DNA of 61,147 nucleotides from contig FLMG01003106.1 of NCBI GenBank assembly GCA_900088475.1, positions 1 through 61,147 on the forward strand, given 5' to 3'. The translations under genes and the position numbers were made by a program. Of this stretch, positions 13,093 through 27,177 are shown piece after piece (position 1 is the first letter of the stretch; every line of letters begins with the position of its first letter). The notes below the pieces were generated by a model. The model was given only the letters and a program-made list of their open reading frames with translations. It was not told the DNA's origin and did not search any database. Source of the DNA: Hyphochytrium catenoides. Taxonomy: Eukaryota > Protista > Hyphochytriomycota.

Positions 13093-14227
13093 GTCTATGT
13101 GTGTGTGTCTCTCTCTCTCTTTCTTTCTGGCTTCAGCCAATTGCTCAGTTCCTCTGGCTGGCTTTGCTCAAAACTTCTCTCTCTCTCCGTCTCTCTCCTT
13201 TGATGTCACTTTGCTGCAAGCAGCGCCTGCGGCTTCGATGTGTCTCTCAGCGCCCCTACTCTTCCTGAAAGCTTCACACCGTGTCCTTAGCTCTCAACGC
13301 CTGCTTCTGCCGCTGCTCTAGTTCTTGCGTTATGTCTCTCTAACCAGGAAGAAGGAAGGTAGAATGGTAGACCGGCAGACCGGACCTGACGGTATAGAAG
13401 AGAAGAAGGGGTATAAGAAGAGGGAGAGAGAGAGAGAGAGAGAGGGAGGCAGAGAAAGGGAGAGGAAGAGGGAGAGAGAGAGAGTGAGAGAGAGAGAGAG
13501 GGAGGCAGAGAAAGGGAGAGGAAGAGAGAGGGAGAGAGAGGGAGAGAGAGGTTCTGACGGTGAGAAGCTTCTGATCAACTTTTCCTCATAAAGATTGTGA
13601 ATTTTAGCTCTGTTGCCTGTCAAAGCTCGATAATTTACAAGTAATTAACACCAAAGAGTCCGCTAACCCCTACCACAAATGTAAATTGACATAATTTACC
13701 GTTTCTTACCTCGTCTATCAATAAAAGGTAAGGGGAAGTGGCCAAAAGGGAAGGGAAGTTTCGAATTCTTCACAGCACGTCTACTTTGACAGGCATGTTT
13801 ACACCTCACTGTCAATAATGGCTGATAATTTACAGCGGAGCTAGACAAAGGGGAAGGGAAGGTACAAAATTGGTCGAAGCCTCTTGGGCGCCTGCAGATC
13901 GGAGCGGCAGCCCAAACGAAGCTCGAAGATCCTCCTACGTCTCGCTTCTGACCCATTGAGCTCTCGTCCTGGTCGTTGCACCACGCTTCTCATAGGAGTC
14001 TCAGCTGTATGAGTGGTTTGGCTTATGTTGACAGCCGTCTAGAGCCACCTGATAGGGACGTAGACAAGTGACAGTCAGTGGTGGAGAGAGATACGCACAC
14101 CTTCAGGCATTGGCTGTGGACATCTGAAGTCATTGACTGAGCTCCTTGCGGAAGGACTTTCAACCTGAAAGCCAAGATTCCCTACTAAGCAAGGGCTGAT
14201 CCGTGGGGACGACCTGAGTGTGGAAAG

Positions 14228-15797
14228 ATGTCAGCAGCCGCTCGGATTCTTAAGAATCCTGTTACCTCTGTGAGGCTGCCGCCGGCCTTTGGACCTAGCA
14301 TCCAGAGGTCTTCCTACAGTTCACTCGCTTCCAGTCTTAAGAGACACAGCCGTCTTCCTCCATCAAGGAGTGGGGCTGTGGTTCCCCCTCGTCGATCCTT
14401 TTGGAATTTAGCGGAAGACGAGGAGCGCGATGAGCCTCCAGCGCGTTCCAAGGCGGCCCCTGTCTGGGGCCTGGTAGACACTGACTCGCGCGACGACCTC
14501 ACGTTTTGGTCTGAGAAGGTTAAGGAAGGGATACAGAGCGACCAGGGGGTCAAATACATCCTTAATTGGGTTACATCCTTTCTGCTCAAGGCTGGCCTGG
14601 GCATCGAGAAGGAAGAAGAGTTCAACAGAGGTAATGAGAGGGACTATGAGCTGATGTTTGTCTCCTTACGCCGTTCCGGGTCTCTGTCCGTCACTGCCTG
14701 ACCTCAGTGCGCCTTGACCTTTCTTGGTCTTTAACTCCGTGCCAACCATAGAGGCTTGTCCGCCCCTCCGACACTGTCTTTCTTTGTAAATTTTCTAGGA
14801 TGTAATGAACCTATCAAGCGCCCTGACTGCTCCTCTTCTTCTTCGTCCCCGTGTAGGCAGCGAACTTGCTTATCGACGAGTAGTAGAGCTCTTTAATGAG
14901 GGCGCAGACTTCACTGACTGTGAGCATATTCTCCATCCCGAACTCTGTAAAGCCCTTTCAGATCAGGTGCAGGAGTATAAGCGACGGGGACTGACCCCGC
15001 GGCTGGAACTGGAGGACGTGAAGGCTCAGATCCTGCAGTTCCGCCTAAATCTAACCTTTCGCTATATCTTTCATTTTTTCCGCGGAGACGTGGACAGCTT
15101 TGATCAGACGTTGGCCATGTTTCAAAGATCCAACTCCCCTAATGTGAGTGCATTAAGATAGAAGGAATAACACTAAGGACGATTGTTCGCGGGTCGACGG
15201 AACAGCGGGGATGAGGGCTAAAGGAGAGAGCGGAACGAAGAACTGCTATTAAATGACAGAGAGAGCGGCATAAGGTGCCCTGGGGATAGCAAAATGGCTG
15301 CGAAGGAGAGAGTTGTTGCAGAAGAGGATAGAAGAGGGAAGAAACGGAGGGTAAGGAGCGCAAGTAGTAACTTCCTGGACAATTGCGGCCCTGGCTCCGC
15401 TTCTTCAGTCTCACGACTCCACCGCTAACTGCAACATCCCTGATGCTCTCTCCATATCTTTTCTCTCCTCGTGCGGACGTAGGGATACCTGGCGTTGAGC
15501 GTAGAGCTTAAAGTGAAGGAGCAGCTAAAGCTGATTGACAGTGAAGGCAATGAGACGATAGAAAGCAGCCCCAAGCCCCTTCCTGATGGTTATACAACGC
15601 ACTACTGGTACTTTAGGGTCTACCCTGGGCCTCAGGACGCTCAGCCGCCAAGACTCAATCGCATTGTGAAGCTTCGAGACATCAACGGACTTTGCGGGCA
15701 GTGGCCATTTAATGCAGATTGGAGGGGCATGGTCAGGACTGCCAGGAAGGTGCTTTCCGATAGGGCGCCACAGCGCACCGAGGAAGACAGCAAGTAG
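14228..15797 (+). CDS. Putative mitochondrial Tim44-domain / MAIP1-like protein, 3 exons
   Basis: Arg/Ser-rich, acid-free N-terminus resembling a presequence. EEFNRGSELAYRRVVELF, HPELCKAL and a C-terminal beta region (HYWYFR..KLRDING) resemble the Tim44-like fold. Exon phases join through GT-AG introns. Confidence 0.55.
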
Positions 15798-17026
15798 TAG
15801 AACATAGTGGTGGACTATGGTGCTGAAGGTCTATTTACGACAGAGAAGAGTCCTTCTCTTAAAGTTACCGCAGATGTGGGGTGCAGGGACCAATTTCTAA
15901 GGCAGGGCCACAACGAATTGATGCAAATCTTTTCGAGAGGTATGACTATCACGGAACAGCCGTGACAGCTGCTCTACAGCTCCTAGCGGCCGTAACCTAC
16001 CGCTCTTCACTATGGCTTAAGTCGGGAATTGGCCTCATAAGCTTCTAGCTCAAGCGGCTGTGTAGAAAGACAACCATCTAGTAAACAAACCATAACGGAC
16101 GCAGACATGTGGTTATCAACCCCTCGGGGTGACTCAATTCGGCTTCTGATGACTGTGGAACCAGGCCTCCTACCTTGTTTCTATTCTCATAGACTATCGA
16201 TCATCATGGGACTGGGTGCCTGTCGTATACCAACTGTCATCTGTCCACTCCTATTGCTCACCAATTAGCCAATTGTCATCGGTCCAGTCAGCAGATGTTC
16301 TTCTCATCTGCCGCTGGGCCCGACACCCAAAGCACGTTGGCACTGGCGTCAAGCCTGACGACTCACGACTCACGACCAAAGCAATCACTCTTCATCAGCC
16401 CGTTCTAGAGCTTCAGCGGTCTGTGGACGATGAGATAGAAGGAGAGTTGACAGGCAGAAGTGCAGGCCGATGATGAGGGCATCAGAACCAGGCCGAGAAG
16501 TGACCAAAAGATCGAAAAAGATACACCTTCCTTCCTCCATAATAATAAGAGACCCAGCCATCTCTTTACCTAAGTCTTTAACTGGAGCCGTGTCGTGGTA
16601 ATACACCCCCGTTTTGAAAGATGACCGCTCAGCTGACGTGGTTTCCACTACTGGGGTAGATCTCAAAGTAGCTTCTACCCCTTATCCTAAGGATTAGCCG
16701 TATTCTCTATTTCTTGTGGAACAGCTTAGAAGCACTGCCTCGATAATTAGCCGCTCCTGGGGGAGGGCAGGTGCGAGATAGGCCATCAAGGAGGTTGCGA
16801 GACATTTCTCTGCCTTGCGCCGCTGCCTCTTGGTTTTCTCGGGTTTCCTGCTGTTCGACGCTGTTCTTCGACTCTGGAAGCTGCATAGAAAGCCCGAGAT
16901 CCTAGTGCCTCTCTGCCAGGATCCAAGCGCTCTGTGTGCCCAGTTCCTAATCTCCGAGAAGCTTCCTAGTTCAGTGAGATCCGAAGATTATTGGCAAAGA
17001 ACTCTTTCTGTATCTGATATCGCACC

Positions 17027-18109
17027 ATGGCGAGTGAAGTAGAAGCTAAGCCATCTGAGGCTCCTGCGGTAGTTGCAGAGGAGATACCAAAGGAGACAAA
17101 GACTTTGTTTTATCGCAAGTTTGGCGGGCCAGACGTGGTTGAGCTTGGTCCTCTACCTGTCTATGATATGGCTGACGACGAAGTGCTTATCAAGGTCCAC
17201 GCGGCCAGCTTTAACCCGATAGATTACAAGCGCAGAAAAGGTGACCTGCGCGCGCTTAGCAGCGAGACTTTTCCTGTTCGCTTAGGGTATGACTGTGCCG
17301 GAGTCATTGTCAAGGTGGGCTCAAAGGTAACCCAATGGTCAGTGGGCCAAGAAGTATTCTCTAGAGTGAAGGACTCGAAGACTGGGACAGCCTCTGAATA
17401 CATTCCTGTACATGAGAGTGTGGTCGCCCTCAAGCCTAAGAATCTTTCCTTCGAGGAAGCTGCCTCCATCCCTCTTGCAGGGCTCACCGCCTACCAATCA
17501 CTCCTTCGCGCTGGCGTAACGGAGGGCTCCTCCGTCCTGATTACTGGCGGGGCTGGAGGAGTTGGCACTTTGGCCATTCAGTTAGCTAAGCATGCCCTCA
17601 AGGCTGGCCGCGTTGTCACAACGGCGAGTCCAGGAGCAAAGACCGATCTCGTCAAATCTTTGGGTGCAGACGAGGTGATCAACTACAGAGAGGAAAAGTG
17701 GGAGGAGAAATATCAAGGTGGCGAGTTTGACGCCATCTTTGACACTGCGGGGGACGCGGCAAAAGCTGTTCGTCTAATCAAGTCTGGAGGGAAGGTGGTC
17801 TCCGTGGCTGACAAACCGACCTCAACGGAGATCAAGAAGATCTTTCCAAAGCTGAACTTCCTGATCTCGTGGTACCTAGACTTCAGCGCGAGCAGCCTTA
17901 CCCGGGGAGCTTCCAAGCGTGGAGCCACGTATGAGTACCTCTTCATGAAACCGAACACTGAGGATCTGAGCAAGCTTGGTGCTTTTTGTGAAGAAGGCAA
18001 GCTGAAGCCAGTCATTGACTCAACCTACTCGTTGGATCAGGCTGCCGAAGCGCTTCAGAAGGTCGAGTCGGGTAGATCGACGGGTAAGGTGGTGGTGAAG
18101 GTAATCTAA
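17027..18109 (+). CDS. NADPH-dependent MDR-family oxidoreductase (quinone/alkenal reductase-like, zinc-free), intronless
   Basis: 360-aa ORF with EVLIKVHAASFNPIDYK, LGYDCAG, EAASIPLAGLTAYQ, VLITGGAGGVG, LGADEVINY, LKPVID and GRSTGKVVV. Confidence 0.93.
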   Translation: MASEVEAKPSEAPAVVAEEIPKETKTLFYRKFGGPDVVELGPLPVYDMADDEVLIKVHAASFNPIDYKRRKGDLRALSSETFPVRLGYDCAGVIVKVGSKVTQWSVGQEVFSRVKDSKTGTASEYIPVHESVVALKPKNLSFEEAASIPLAGLTAYQSLLRAGVTEGSSVLITGGAGGVGTLAIQLAKHALKAGRVVTTASPGAKTDLVKSLGADEVINYREEKWEEKYQGGEFDAIFDTAGDAAKAVRLIKSGGKVVSVADKPTSTEIKKIFPKLNFLISWYLDFSASSLTRGASKRGATYEYLFMKPNTEDLSKLGAFCEEGKLKPVIDSTYSLDQAAEALQKVESGRSTGKVVVKVI

Positions 18110-18371
18110 GGGGTCATTCCTATATCGGGTCTGGCTTGTTTGTATCAATGCAAAGACTAGAGTATCAGTCCTCAAATAAGTAGTATCTTAGGCACAGAGA
18201 GAGAGGGAGGCGCGTGAGAGAGAGAAAGAGAAGACAGTGCGAAGAACTTCACGTACAGGGATAGCGTTTATAAATAATAAGATCAATATGACACTACAAA
18301 TCCCAAGCAATGACAAGAAGGAACAGTCGCCGCACAAGCTAAGCAACAGCTCAGTAGAGTATTGAGAACCT

Positions 18372-21300
18372 TTAACTCCTTTGACCTAGGCGGGGCCCAG
18401 GGTTGAGCTTTGCAGCGCTCCAAATGTTAGCGCTGCGAAGTTGCTGCTTGTAGAGAGGGGGCGGGTCGTTCTCAGTAGCTCCTTCGCCCAGCTGGTGTAT
18501 ACTCAACTCTTGTAGAGCAGGTCTTGAGGGTTTAGAGGTGGGCCTAGGGTTCATTTCCTGCACCCGCGACGAAAGCCGCATTTGCTTGACTCTCTGTACA
18601 GAGGAGCGTGCTTTAGCTTAGGATAAGGGGCCTAAAAATCAAAACGCTCGACAGCGCGATGGGGACAGCGTAGCAATAGATTACGAACAGCGAGGAGATC
18701 GCAGAGGAAAACAAGAGAGAAAGAGAGGATTGGAAGGAAAATAAGAGAACAAAGCATGGTCAAAAGAAGGAGCACGTTTGACTATCGGAAGATACAGGTG
18801 ATAGCAAACTCGTGGTAAGTTGCTAAAACAAACACCTGGAGAAGCTTTGAGAGCTCAAGGTCACTCTCGTCAGGGTGCTGCCGCACGTAGTCCAGCATCC
18901 TTGTCACTTCTTCAGCTGTAAACGTTCCCTCTTTCCGTTCCTGAAGCTCCTTGGCTGGGTTTCTTGAGTCAGCTGTAAGTTTGTTTCTTGGCACCAGGAA
19001 TGGGTGATTGAGGAGGCCGTTCTCTCCTGTGATAGGGGGTCTGAAGAAGGACTAAGCACTGAGCTCTCTGTAGGATTTAAGAAATGTATCGTGAAGTGCA
19101 CGCGGAAGAGTTCCAAAACCTACGAGGAGGTTCTTCACAATAGGGCTTCCAAGGACCCTGTAGCGGGAAAGGTGCAGAAGAGCGGTGTAGTTGGAGGAGG
19201 ATTAGTCAATCATACTCACCGCTTGCGTGGGTCCCTCTGCAGGCACTGCCTCATCACGTGGAGGAGCTCCTGATTCTCGATGGGCGGGAAGGGAATCTCA
19301 TACTTGGGATCCGTAATGCACTGGAGCTTGTAGAAGAAAGTGAGGTCTGCAAAAGGTGCCTTTCCGTAGACCAAGAGATAGAGAATGCAGCCCAGAGACC
19401 AGATGTCACTGGCACGTCCCAGCTGCAGAACGAGTATTGTTCAGTCAAATGAGAGGTGGTTGGAGGCAAGAAGGTACAGATGTCTAACATAAGAAGACAC
19501 GCTGATCCATTTACCTTCATCTTGGGGGTCCTTCTGCCCTGTGGTCCCCCACCTTGTGCGGATGTATCAATCATTGCCTCGGGCGACATAAAGTTGATGG
19601 TTCCAATCTTTATGGGACATAAATGGACAGAGAAACGGAAAGCAAAAAGAAAAAGAGTCCTTAGCCACCGTCTTCAACTTCATCTGGTAGAATTTTTCCA
19701 AGCTATTCCTAACTTCTAGAACGCAGTCTACCCTAAAACCATGGCCCTTTCTTTCGAAACTCTGTCCAATCCATCTCTCTTCGACGACCACAAACCTTAG
19801 TTGTTAACGCGAAAGTTTCTTCCAACTCTTGCTTAGGGTTAGGGTTACCTGGCTTTCTCTCTCAATATTAGTGGTGTCATTTGATATGGCCTTCGCTATC
19901 CCAAAGTCAATAAGCTTTAGCTGTCCAGAAACCGAGAGAAAGTTGGCAGGCTTTAGGTCTCCATGTATAATTCGCAGTTGATGAATTGCATCCACGGCTC
20001 GCAGCATTTGCTGCCAGAGGAGCCGGACGGCATTCTCGTCCAGCTCATGGCAGGAGCGCAAGCGCTTGAGAAGGTTGTTAAGGTCTATCTCACCATATTC
20101 CATAACCTGACATATGGACCAAAGCAAGTGGAAGGGTCAAACGTCAAAACCTCTTAGAGACTTCAGTTTTCAACAGCTAGAGAACGGAAAAGGACGGTGA
20201 CCGGAGGATGCGGTTCTTTCTTTTATCACCCAAAGACAGGATAACGGAAACGAAAGACAGTGCAGAACAGAAAGTGGTCCATGAAGAAGCGCAGCAAGAT
20301 TACGCTGTTCAGATAAGGATAGTAGGAACGTGGCCATGCTGCTAACCATATGAAGATATTTTCGCCCTTGGTCCATCTGCGCTCCCTTAAGCTCTATAAT
20401 GTAGGGGTTCCCGCTGAGTCTTTGAAGCATGTTCACTTCGTTGCAATAACTTTCCACCACAGAGCGCTCAAGGCCTTGTAGCTTCACTCTCTTCAGTGCA
20501 TAATGTCGCCGATCTGCACCCAGGACCCGGTATACCTTGGAGCTACCTCCTCGTCCTATCAGTTCTAACTTCAGATATGGAGCGCCGGCCACCTGAAGAA
20601 GCACAAAGAGCATGGAGCGAGGGTGAGCGAAGTGCGGGAAGCGTCCTATGGTACTGCTTGCCTTCTTTATGAGCGGCATAAGTGATACTACTCTTGATGT
20701 CTCCCTCCAACCCTATCTAAATCTTCCGTCTATACTTACGAGCTTTTCTATCACTCCCGGATCACCAGAACTGGAGGAGAAGACACTTACCATGATGACG
20801 TTCTTTGGATCGCATAGGGAGATGAAGGCAGGAGGAATTGAAGAAGGAGAGCTATCCTGCGGACTCAGAGACTCTTTGCGTATACCCCCGAACTAATGAC
20901 CACAGCGGTAGTTAATACAATGCAGTTATAGAGAAACTAACAAGATATACAAGGGCTTCGTACGCTGGTGCGTTAAAGAATGACAGAGAAAGTTTCCCTA
21001 GATAATCAATAGCGATCGAGAGAGCGCACTAAAAAGCATTCGGACCTACCACCGCTGACTCAGCCTTGAAGTCGATTGGCACTCGATTGGGAGGCGAATG
21101 TGCTTGAACTACATTGTCTTCAGCATCCAGTGCCGTTGGGAAGTTGGGGGCCGGACAAAGGACTGTCGGGGCATCGTCATCCAGCTCCATCTACCAGAGC
21201 AAGTCCAGGAGTAAGCGTTCAGTACCAGTAGGTGAAGGTGGAAAGCTAAAGGGAACAGGGAGCAATCCGCTTAGAAAGCCCAAGGAGGCAACGAGAGAAG

Positions 21301-24058
21301 CCGATACTTTTGTGTCTTCGTTGTCAGTCAGACTTGCGCCGCTCTTTGCCTCGTTATTATTCGTTTTGAAGGTTATCGTTTCTTCCTGCTTGTCAGGGCT
21401 GTTCCTACAGACTGGAGCTCTGTTCTCCTTGCTGCCATCTTCTGCTTCCTCGTCACGTCTCTGATTGAATGTTATTGTCTCCTCCTCTTTTCCTGATGTG
21501 ACGGTGAAATTTTGGCGTCCTGCTCAGTCTCGTGGCCGTTTCTTACCTGAAGGACTATACTCTGGCGTAGGGCTTCTACCTTTTGTTTGGTCGGCTTGAG
21601 CGCTACTATCCCTTTGATTACGAGCATTGTCCGCTGGGACAATTGTTCTGTCCTCTGCTTCACCTTCATCGTCCTCCTGGACGGGACTGAGCTTTGAGCT
21701 TCCGACCTCAAATTGTGAGCCTGTCAAAGGCTTCCTGGAGTTTTGGGTGGTGCATAAGTGGAGAAAGTTACTTAGAAAGAAAAAAAGTGCCAGCAAGGGA
21801 CTACATAGCTGACGCTTGGCGAGATTTTATCACACTCTCTGTTAATTTGTCTGAACTCTGTTCATTTGGGCCCTATTTGCACACTTACATCTGGTTTAGG
21901 AGCGGAGTTCTATACTCTGTGGACCTGACTATACCCTGCTGAGGGGTTGACGTGGGCGTTGAACGCTGAGGCTGAGCAAGAGTAGGAGTTGCTGCGGTCT
22001 TGCTAGCAGGAATAGGGGAAGGTTGCCATTTTTTTATATAATCCAGATCCAAGCCCAGCCGTCCGTTGGAAGTATCGGAAGATCGTTCCGCCGAGGTGCC
22101 TTGATGAATCTAAGACAAGAAGAGGAGCAAGGAGGGTTAAGTATGGCCCAGTGGTCCGGAGAAGACAGTTGCTACATGGAAGGTAGAAGGAGTAAGGAGC
22201 AGGAGAACACGTCCAAGCTGAGTCCTGTTGCAAGAGGCGGAAGGTATCAGACTGAAGAAACGTACCGGAGGAGGTGCAGATAGTGCTCTAGGCGTCTGAG
22301 GAGCTATCTCGGCATCATCTTTGGTGTCCGCTGTCTCTGAATCTGATGCTGCTGCAGGTATTCTGACCGCCCGGGAGGCTAGCCCTATATGAGCGGATAA
22401 ATATCAGGAGAGACTAACCAGAAAGGAAGGGGCAGGTGGCAGTGCGCGACAAAGCAAAAGGGAGTTACCAAGTCCTCTCAACGGCACTCGTTTTCTCTGC
22501 AGAGCAGTTCTCGAGGGCGGGTCCTTTGTAGTCGGTTTGGGCACTTCAGCTCGTCGTGTGGTGGCAGTAGAGATGGTAGTTCCACTGACAGTGATAGGAT
22601 TAGGAAGAGAAGTATAAGCAGAGGAAGGGGAGAGGCTTATTTGATAGGGTGGACAAGGAGGTGGAGACGACAAGGAGAGAGAGTTCTTCACGTCCCTGCG
22701 TTCATTGGTTGAGTCGCCTTCTGAGGTGAGGGAGCCATTGACTGAGAGGTCAATACTTTCCTCTCCCGAAGCATTTTGGATGGGTGAGAGGGAACACTGG
22801 GACGCAAGCTGACGGGTGGACCGTACGCCATTCACCGATGCTATAAATTACGACAAAAAATAAATTAGAGGTCGCAGAGTAGTGAAGAGGTTAAGGGTGA
22901 GGGTGAACCAAAGGCCACAACCAAAGGCCACAAACTTTAATAACTGCCACTCCCAATCGTTAGAGTCTCAAATGAGGAATAGGGTGAGGATTAAACAAGA
23001 AGAAAGGGAGAGAAAGAGTGTTTGAGAAAGAGAGAGAACAGTAGAGGAAGAGCATGCCTGAGCTTGGAATGTCTCCCTTGAAGCGTGCTATTTCTGCTTC
23101 TGCTAGTACTTTCTTGTCCAGAGCCAAGCGGAAAATTTCGGCCGCCTCGTCCTGGGAGCCTTGGTCCATACAAAGTTAGGTTAGTGGGCGGACAGAGAGG
23201 TAGGCAGTTGCCGATGAGAAGAGGACTAGCGAAAGTCAAGAGGGATGATGCATTAGCACGACCAGCAAGCGGAGGGCACGGTAAAACGAGGAAGTGGCGA
23301 AAGAGACGAAGAGAATAAGGGACCTTCTTTCGTTCTCTTAGTCTTTTCTTCCTACTTTCCCCTTATCCTGTCTTATTACCATGTTTCAGCTCGAATGCGG
23401 CCCATTCTGTGTAAAAGCGGCGGTAGGTCTCTCCAATCCTGCAGTTCTTCATGAACTTGAAGATTGATCGCGCCTCCGACACTGATAGAAGGCTGGACGG
23501 TAAGCAAGGTAAGCACCAGATAAAACTGCCCGTAGTTACTTCCAATCCTTAGTATTTTCTTTCTCCACTGGTCACTAGGGTTCCCTTTGCTCTCGCACCT
23601 CTCCGCCCAATCTTTTGCGTATTTGTCGCTCTTCTCGACCTTACACTCACACTACCATCTTTCTTTGTCATCTGACCCAGCCAACTTAGCTCAGTGCCTC
23701 TCTACTCTGCAACTTACGCTTGCACCTGGGCAAAACCAAGGTAAATATCTGCAAAAGTTTGAAGCTGGGAGTTCTGTTCTCTGGGTAAAATATTGATGGC
23801 CCTGCGATAGAGCCGGAGAAGGGCCGTAGCGGTATCTGAGCCAACTGGGATGTTTGACAAGACACGGAACCAAGCCGCGGGGTCTTCGGGTTGGTCCTTT
23901 AAAGTTTTAACTAACTCCTCATGGCCAGATGGAGCGGCCGGGATCATGAAGAATTCATCCTCCTGCTCGCCGAAGCGAGTGATTGTGCGGACCTGACGAT
24001 ACTAGAAGTGAGCGTGTCTTCACTTTATAATACTTCGTTGGCAGCCTACCTCCGACAT
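18372..24058 (-). CDS. MPS1: Mps1/TTK spindle-checkpoint kinase with N-terminal TPR domain, about 17 exons
   Basis: TPR-like exons ([32 protein letters not shown]). Kinase exons [84 protein letters not shown] and [16 protein letters not shown]. The start codon (24058) is inferred. Confidence 0.93.
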
Positions 24059-25026
24059 TGCCTTTTCTGACAGTAATCTAGGATCCCTAGGTCTTACATC
24101 GAGTGCCCATCTTCATAGCTTTATAAAAAGGTCAAGATTTAGATCAGGCAGAGGATGACTAACTGATGATGAGAGGAGGATCCCAAATTATTGTACTTAG
24201 CCCCGACGTCCGCAGTATACTATAGTGGTTGCAGGCTGCAGAAGGGGGAGTTTAGCAGACCAAGGTCGCCGAAGGGAGGCTTTTCTTGGGGATCGTCTTG
24301 GGAGGAGAAGTAGTCTCGGTAAAGGATCCCAATCTTTTCTCTCCCTCCTTGTCTCTGCTTCTCTGAGACATTCAATGGTGTTACAGAGGAGACACACCCT
24401 TTTTCTCTCTCCCTCTCTCCTCTCCTTCTACAATCTCACATTCTCTCACTTCCAATCCAAGCAAAGTCAAGAACTCAGACGATTATCAAGCCTCAAATCT
24501 CCGCCTCCTAATCCGAAGTCTGCAAGAGTCTTCAGCTGGGAGTTTCTACAGATTCTTGCAGCCCCAAAAGCTCTGAAGAGCAGCTGAATTTTTGAACTCA
24601 AACGGCTTGATATATATCCGATAACTACTCCTACTAGCCATTCGGTTATCAGAAAGAAGGATCCTTGATTTCTTTGATTGATTTTTGTTGGAGAGTTCAT
24701 AGGTGCGATCTGTGTGTCTTGTCTTCGGGAAGATTCATCCGAGTCACTGCAGAAACTTCATTGTCAGATCAATAGCGAGCGAGCCTTGTCCCTCTTGCCT
24801 TGAAGTCTCGACCGTGCCAGGGCACAATCAAAGGCCCCAAGAGCAGCAAAGCTGCTCTATATTTCCCCGTTGTTGGCTGCCTTACTTCTGAAACAGCACA
24901 GGTGGAGTGACACGGACTAAGTGGCAGTATCTATATATCCGTCTCCATAGGCCCTGGAGGATCCGTCCTCCGTCAGTGAAGGACGGTACTAAAGGCCTTG
25001 TAGCAAGGAATTGTGGACGACTAAGC

Positions 25027-25862
25027 ATGGTAGGACAGGCGTTTACCTTCATGAAGAAAGAGGAGCCAGTCTAACTCTGCCTCTCAGGCGAATACCCTAA
25101 GGCCCTACCTGGACTGTATTCGCTCCACATTGGAGGCCGCTATGTGCATTAGAAACTTTCCCTCACAGGTGGTTGAGCGGCATAATAAGCCAGAGGTAGA
25201 AACCAAGTAAGGGCGACTTGTCTCGACAATCTTGATCAGGCAAACACTAAGACTACCGACCAACAGGACCAGCAAGGAGCTGTTGTTGACTCCTATAATC
25301 ATCTGCAGAAATGAGAATGAACGGTGCATGATCGAAGGCTCCGTTAACTCTTTGCGAGTAAGCATCTCCATCAAGCAGGTAACGTTAGGACGTCCTACTT
25401 CGCAAGGGACTCAGAGAGACTTCTCTTCCTGAATTTCCCGTTTGACATTGCGATGCCATCCTTCTCCCGTCTCTTCGCTGAACGGCTTCTCCTGATTCTC
25501 CACTCTCACTCCGCCCTACAATTTAGGCGGATGAGATGGAGGCCATGTTGACACAGAAGTTCTCCAGATTCTTGATGCAGAGAGCGGAGCAGTTTCACGT
25601 CATGAGGCGAAAGGCAGTCGAGGTATATTTTGTGCTATATCGATTCTCTACCCAGACTTCTCACGTCATTCAACCATAGGGATATAGCATCAGCTTCCTC
25701 GTGACGCACGAGCACCTGGAGACGATGTGGAAGCACAAGCTTATCGACTTTATCATCCAGTTCATGGAAGATATCGACAAGGAAATTAGCTCCATGAAGA
25801 TCTCCATTAACGCTCGGGCTAGAGTCGTGGCTACAGAGTTCATGAAGCAATTTGTCAGCTAG
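25027..25862 (+). CDS. ARPC4: Arp2/3 complex subunit 4 (p20), 5 exons; the first exon contributes only the ATG
   Basis: M|[122 protein letters not shown]. Confidence 0.97.
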
Positions 25863-26183
25863 CAAGGGCAGTAGACCAGCGCTCCTTCTTCTTCACTATC
25901 CTCTTCCCAATACTTCTCTTCCACCATTCGAGGTCCACTTGTTTATCTTATAAGCCTAACCCTACCAAGCACTATAATAAAGGAAGGTTGGGAGCCACCC
26001 AGGAGCAGACAAGCTTCGCATAAGCATTGACCTTGCTCACCGCGACGTGACGCTCACCAACTCCCTAGCTTCATCTTGGCTTACCGCGCTCCGCCTATCT
26101 CTTCCTACTACCCAGACCTTTGCTGTCCGCATCGGAGGAAAAGTAGCCGAGCGCCTAGTCCCAAAGCAAACAGAGGGATAAGA

Positions 26184-26197
26184 TAGCCGTTAGCGGC
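26184..26197. promoter_or_regulatory. Myb-like motif about 190 nt upstream of lpxC
   Basis: TAGCCGTTAGCGGC. Its reverse complement matches 52113-52124 (12/12) and 44312-44325 (13/14). Confidence 0.4.
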
Positions 26198-26383
26198 ATG
26201 TTGGCCGAGCCCAAGATCTCTGTGGGATCTCTCATCAGAATCTCTGCCTTTTCACAGACGAGAATCTGCGGTTTGAAGCTACAGCTTTATTTATAGGACT
26301 CAAGGATGCTTGCCAGTCGATGAAAGGAGGTCTAATAACTGCCCGCTGGAGGAGCTGCGATGGCTAGTGGCAGCTGGGTTTAG

Positions 26384-27138
26384 ATGCTGAAGATGCTGTT
26401 GGCCACTAGGCCGAAGGGCCTCTATGTTGTCAGAGGTGTATCTCTAGGAGGACGGGCGAGCTGCTCCAACTTTGGAGGCTGTGGACAGCGAGCCATCCAT
26501 TCCGTTCAAAGGACGGTGGCACGGCCAGTGGAGCTGTCTGGGGTGGGCATCCATTCTGGACTAAAGGCATGCTCGCTTTTTCTTGACTTCTTGCCCGGGC
26601 ACAAGCCCAGCTAACCATTACCTTAAAATGTGTCTCTATTCGTGGTACAGTCCTCCATCCGAATTGAGCCTGCCGGCATCCACAGCGGGATCAAGTTCAT
26701 AAGGCAAGGGCAAGTTATTCCAGCAGCATGGGATCATGTCTCAGATACACAGCTTTGTACCAAGCTCTCTGCCAGGTGAGTGCTTCTTTCCTGCTTCTTC
26801 TCCGTCTTGGCACTTTTCTCCAGCCTGACTTCTACCTAGCCATCAAACAGTCCACACCGTGGAGCACCTCATGGCAGCAATGGCAGCCTGTGGACTTTCT
26901 AACGCACTCATTCACTGCTCGAGCAGCGAGATGCCTGTCATGGATGGTGAGATGGTTTGTCCACGCCGTCCTGGTAGTCTCTTCTATCTACCCCCTTTCT
27001 CTAAGGTTCTCTCGCTCCTCTCTGTATTTTCTCTCAGTCGTCTTTCGCCCTTGATGTCTTATCTTCTCTTTCTCAGTTTCTGTCTCTATTTCCCTACCTG
27101 TCTTTATAATCTCCTACCTTCCATCCTCCTCGTGTTCC

Positions 27139-27177
<39 letters not shown>

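Noticed and set aside
19833-19846. TTAGGG x2 telomere-like repeat
   Set aside because: Only two units inside an Mps1 intron; expected by chance or slippage.
21493-21546. In-frame TGA within Mps1, suggesting readthrough or a variant code
   Set aside because: A GTAAG donor and an in-phase CAG acceptor (54-nt intron, or a 27-nt alternative) remove it. Genes here end in TAA, TAG and TGA, and TGG encodes Trp.
22908-22933. 13-bp tandem duplication CCAAAGGCCACAA
   Set aside because: A short intronic slippage event with no sign of function.
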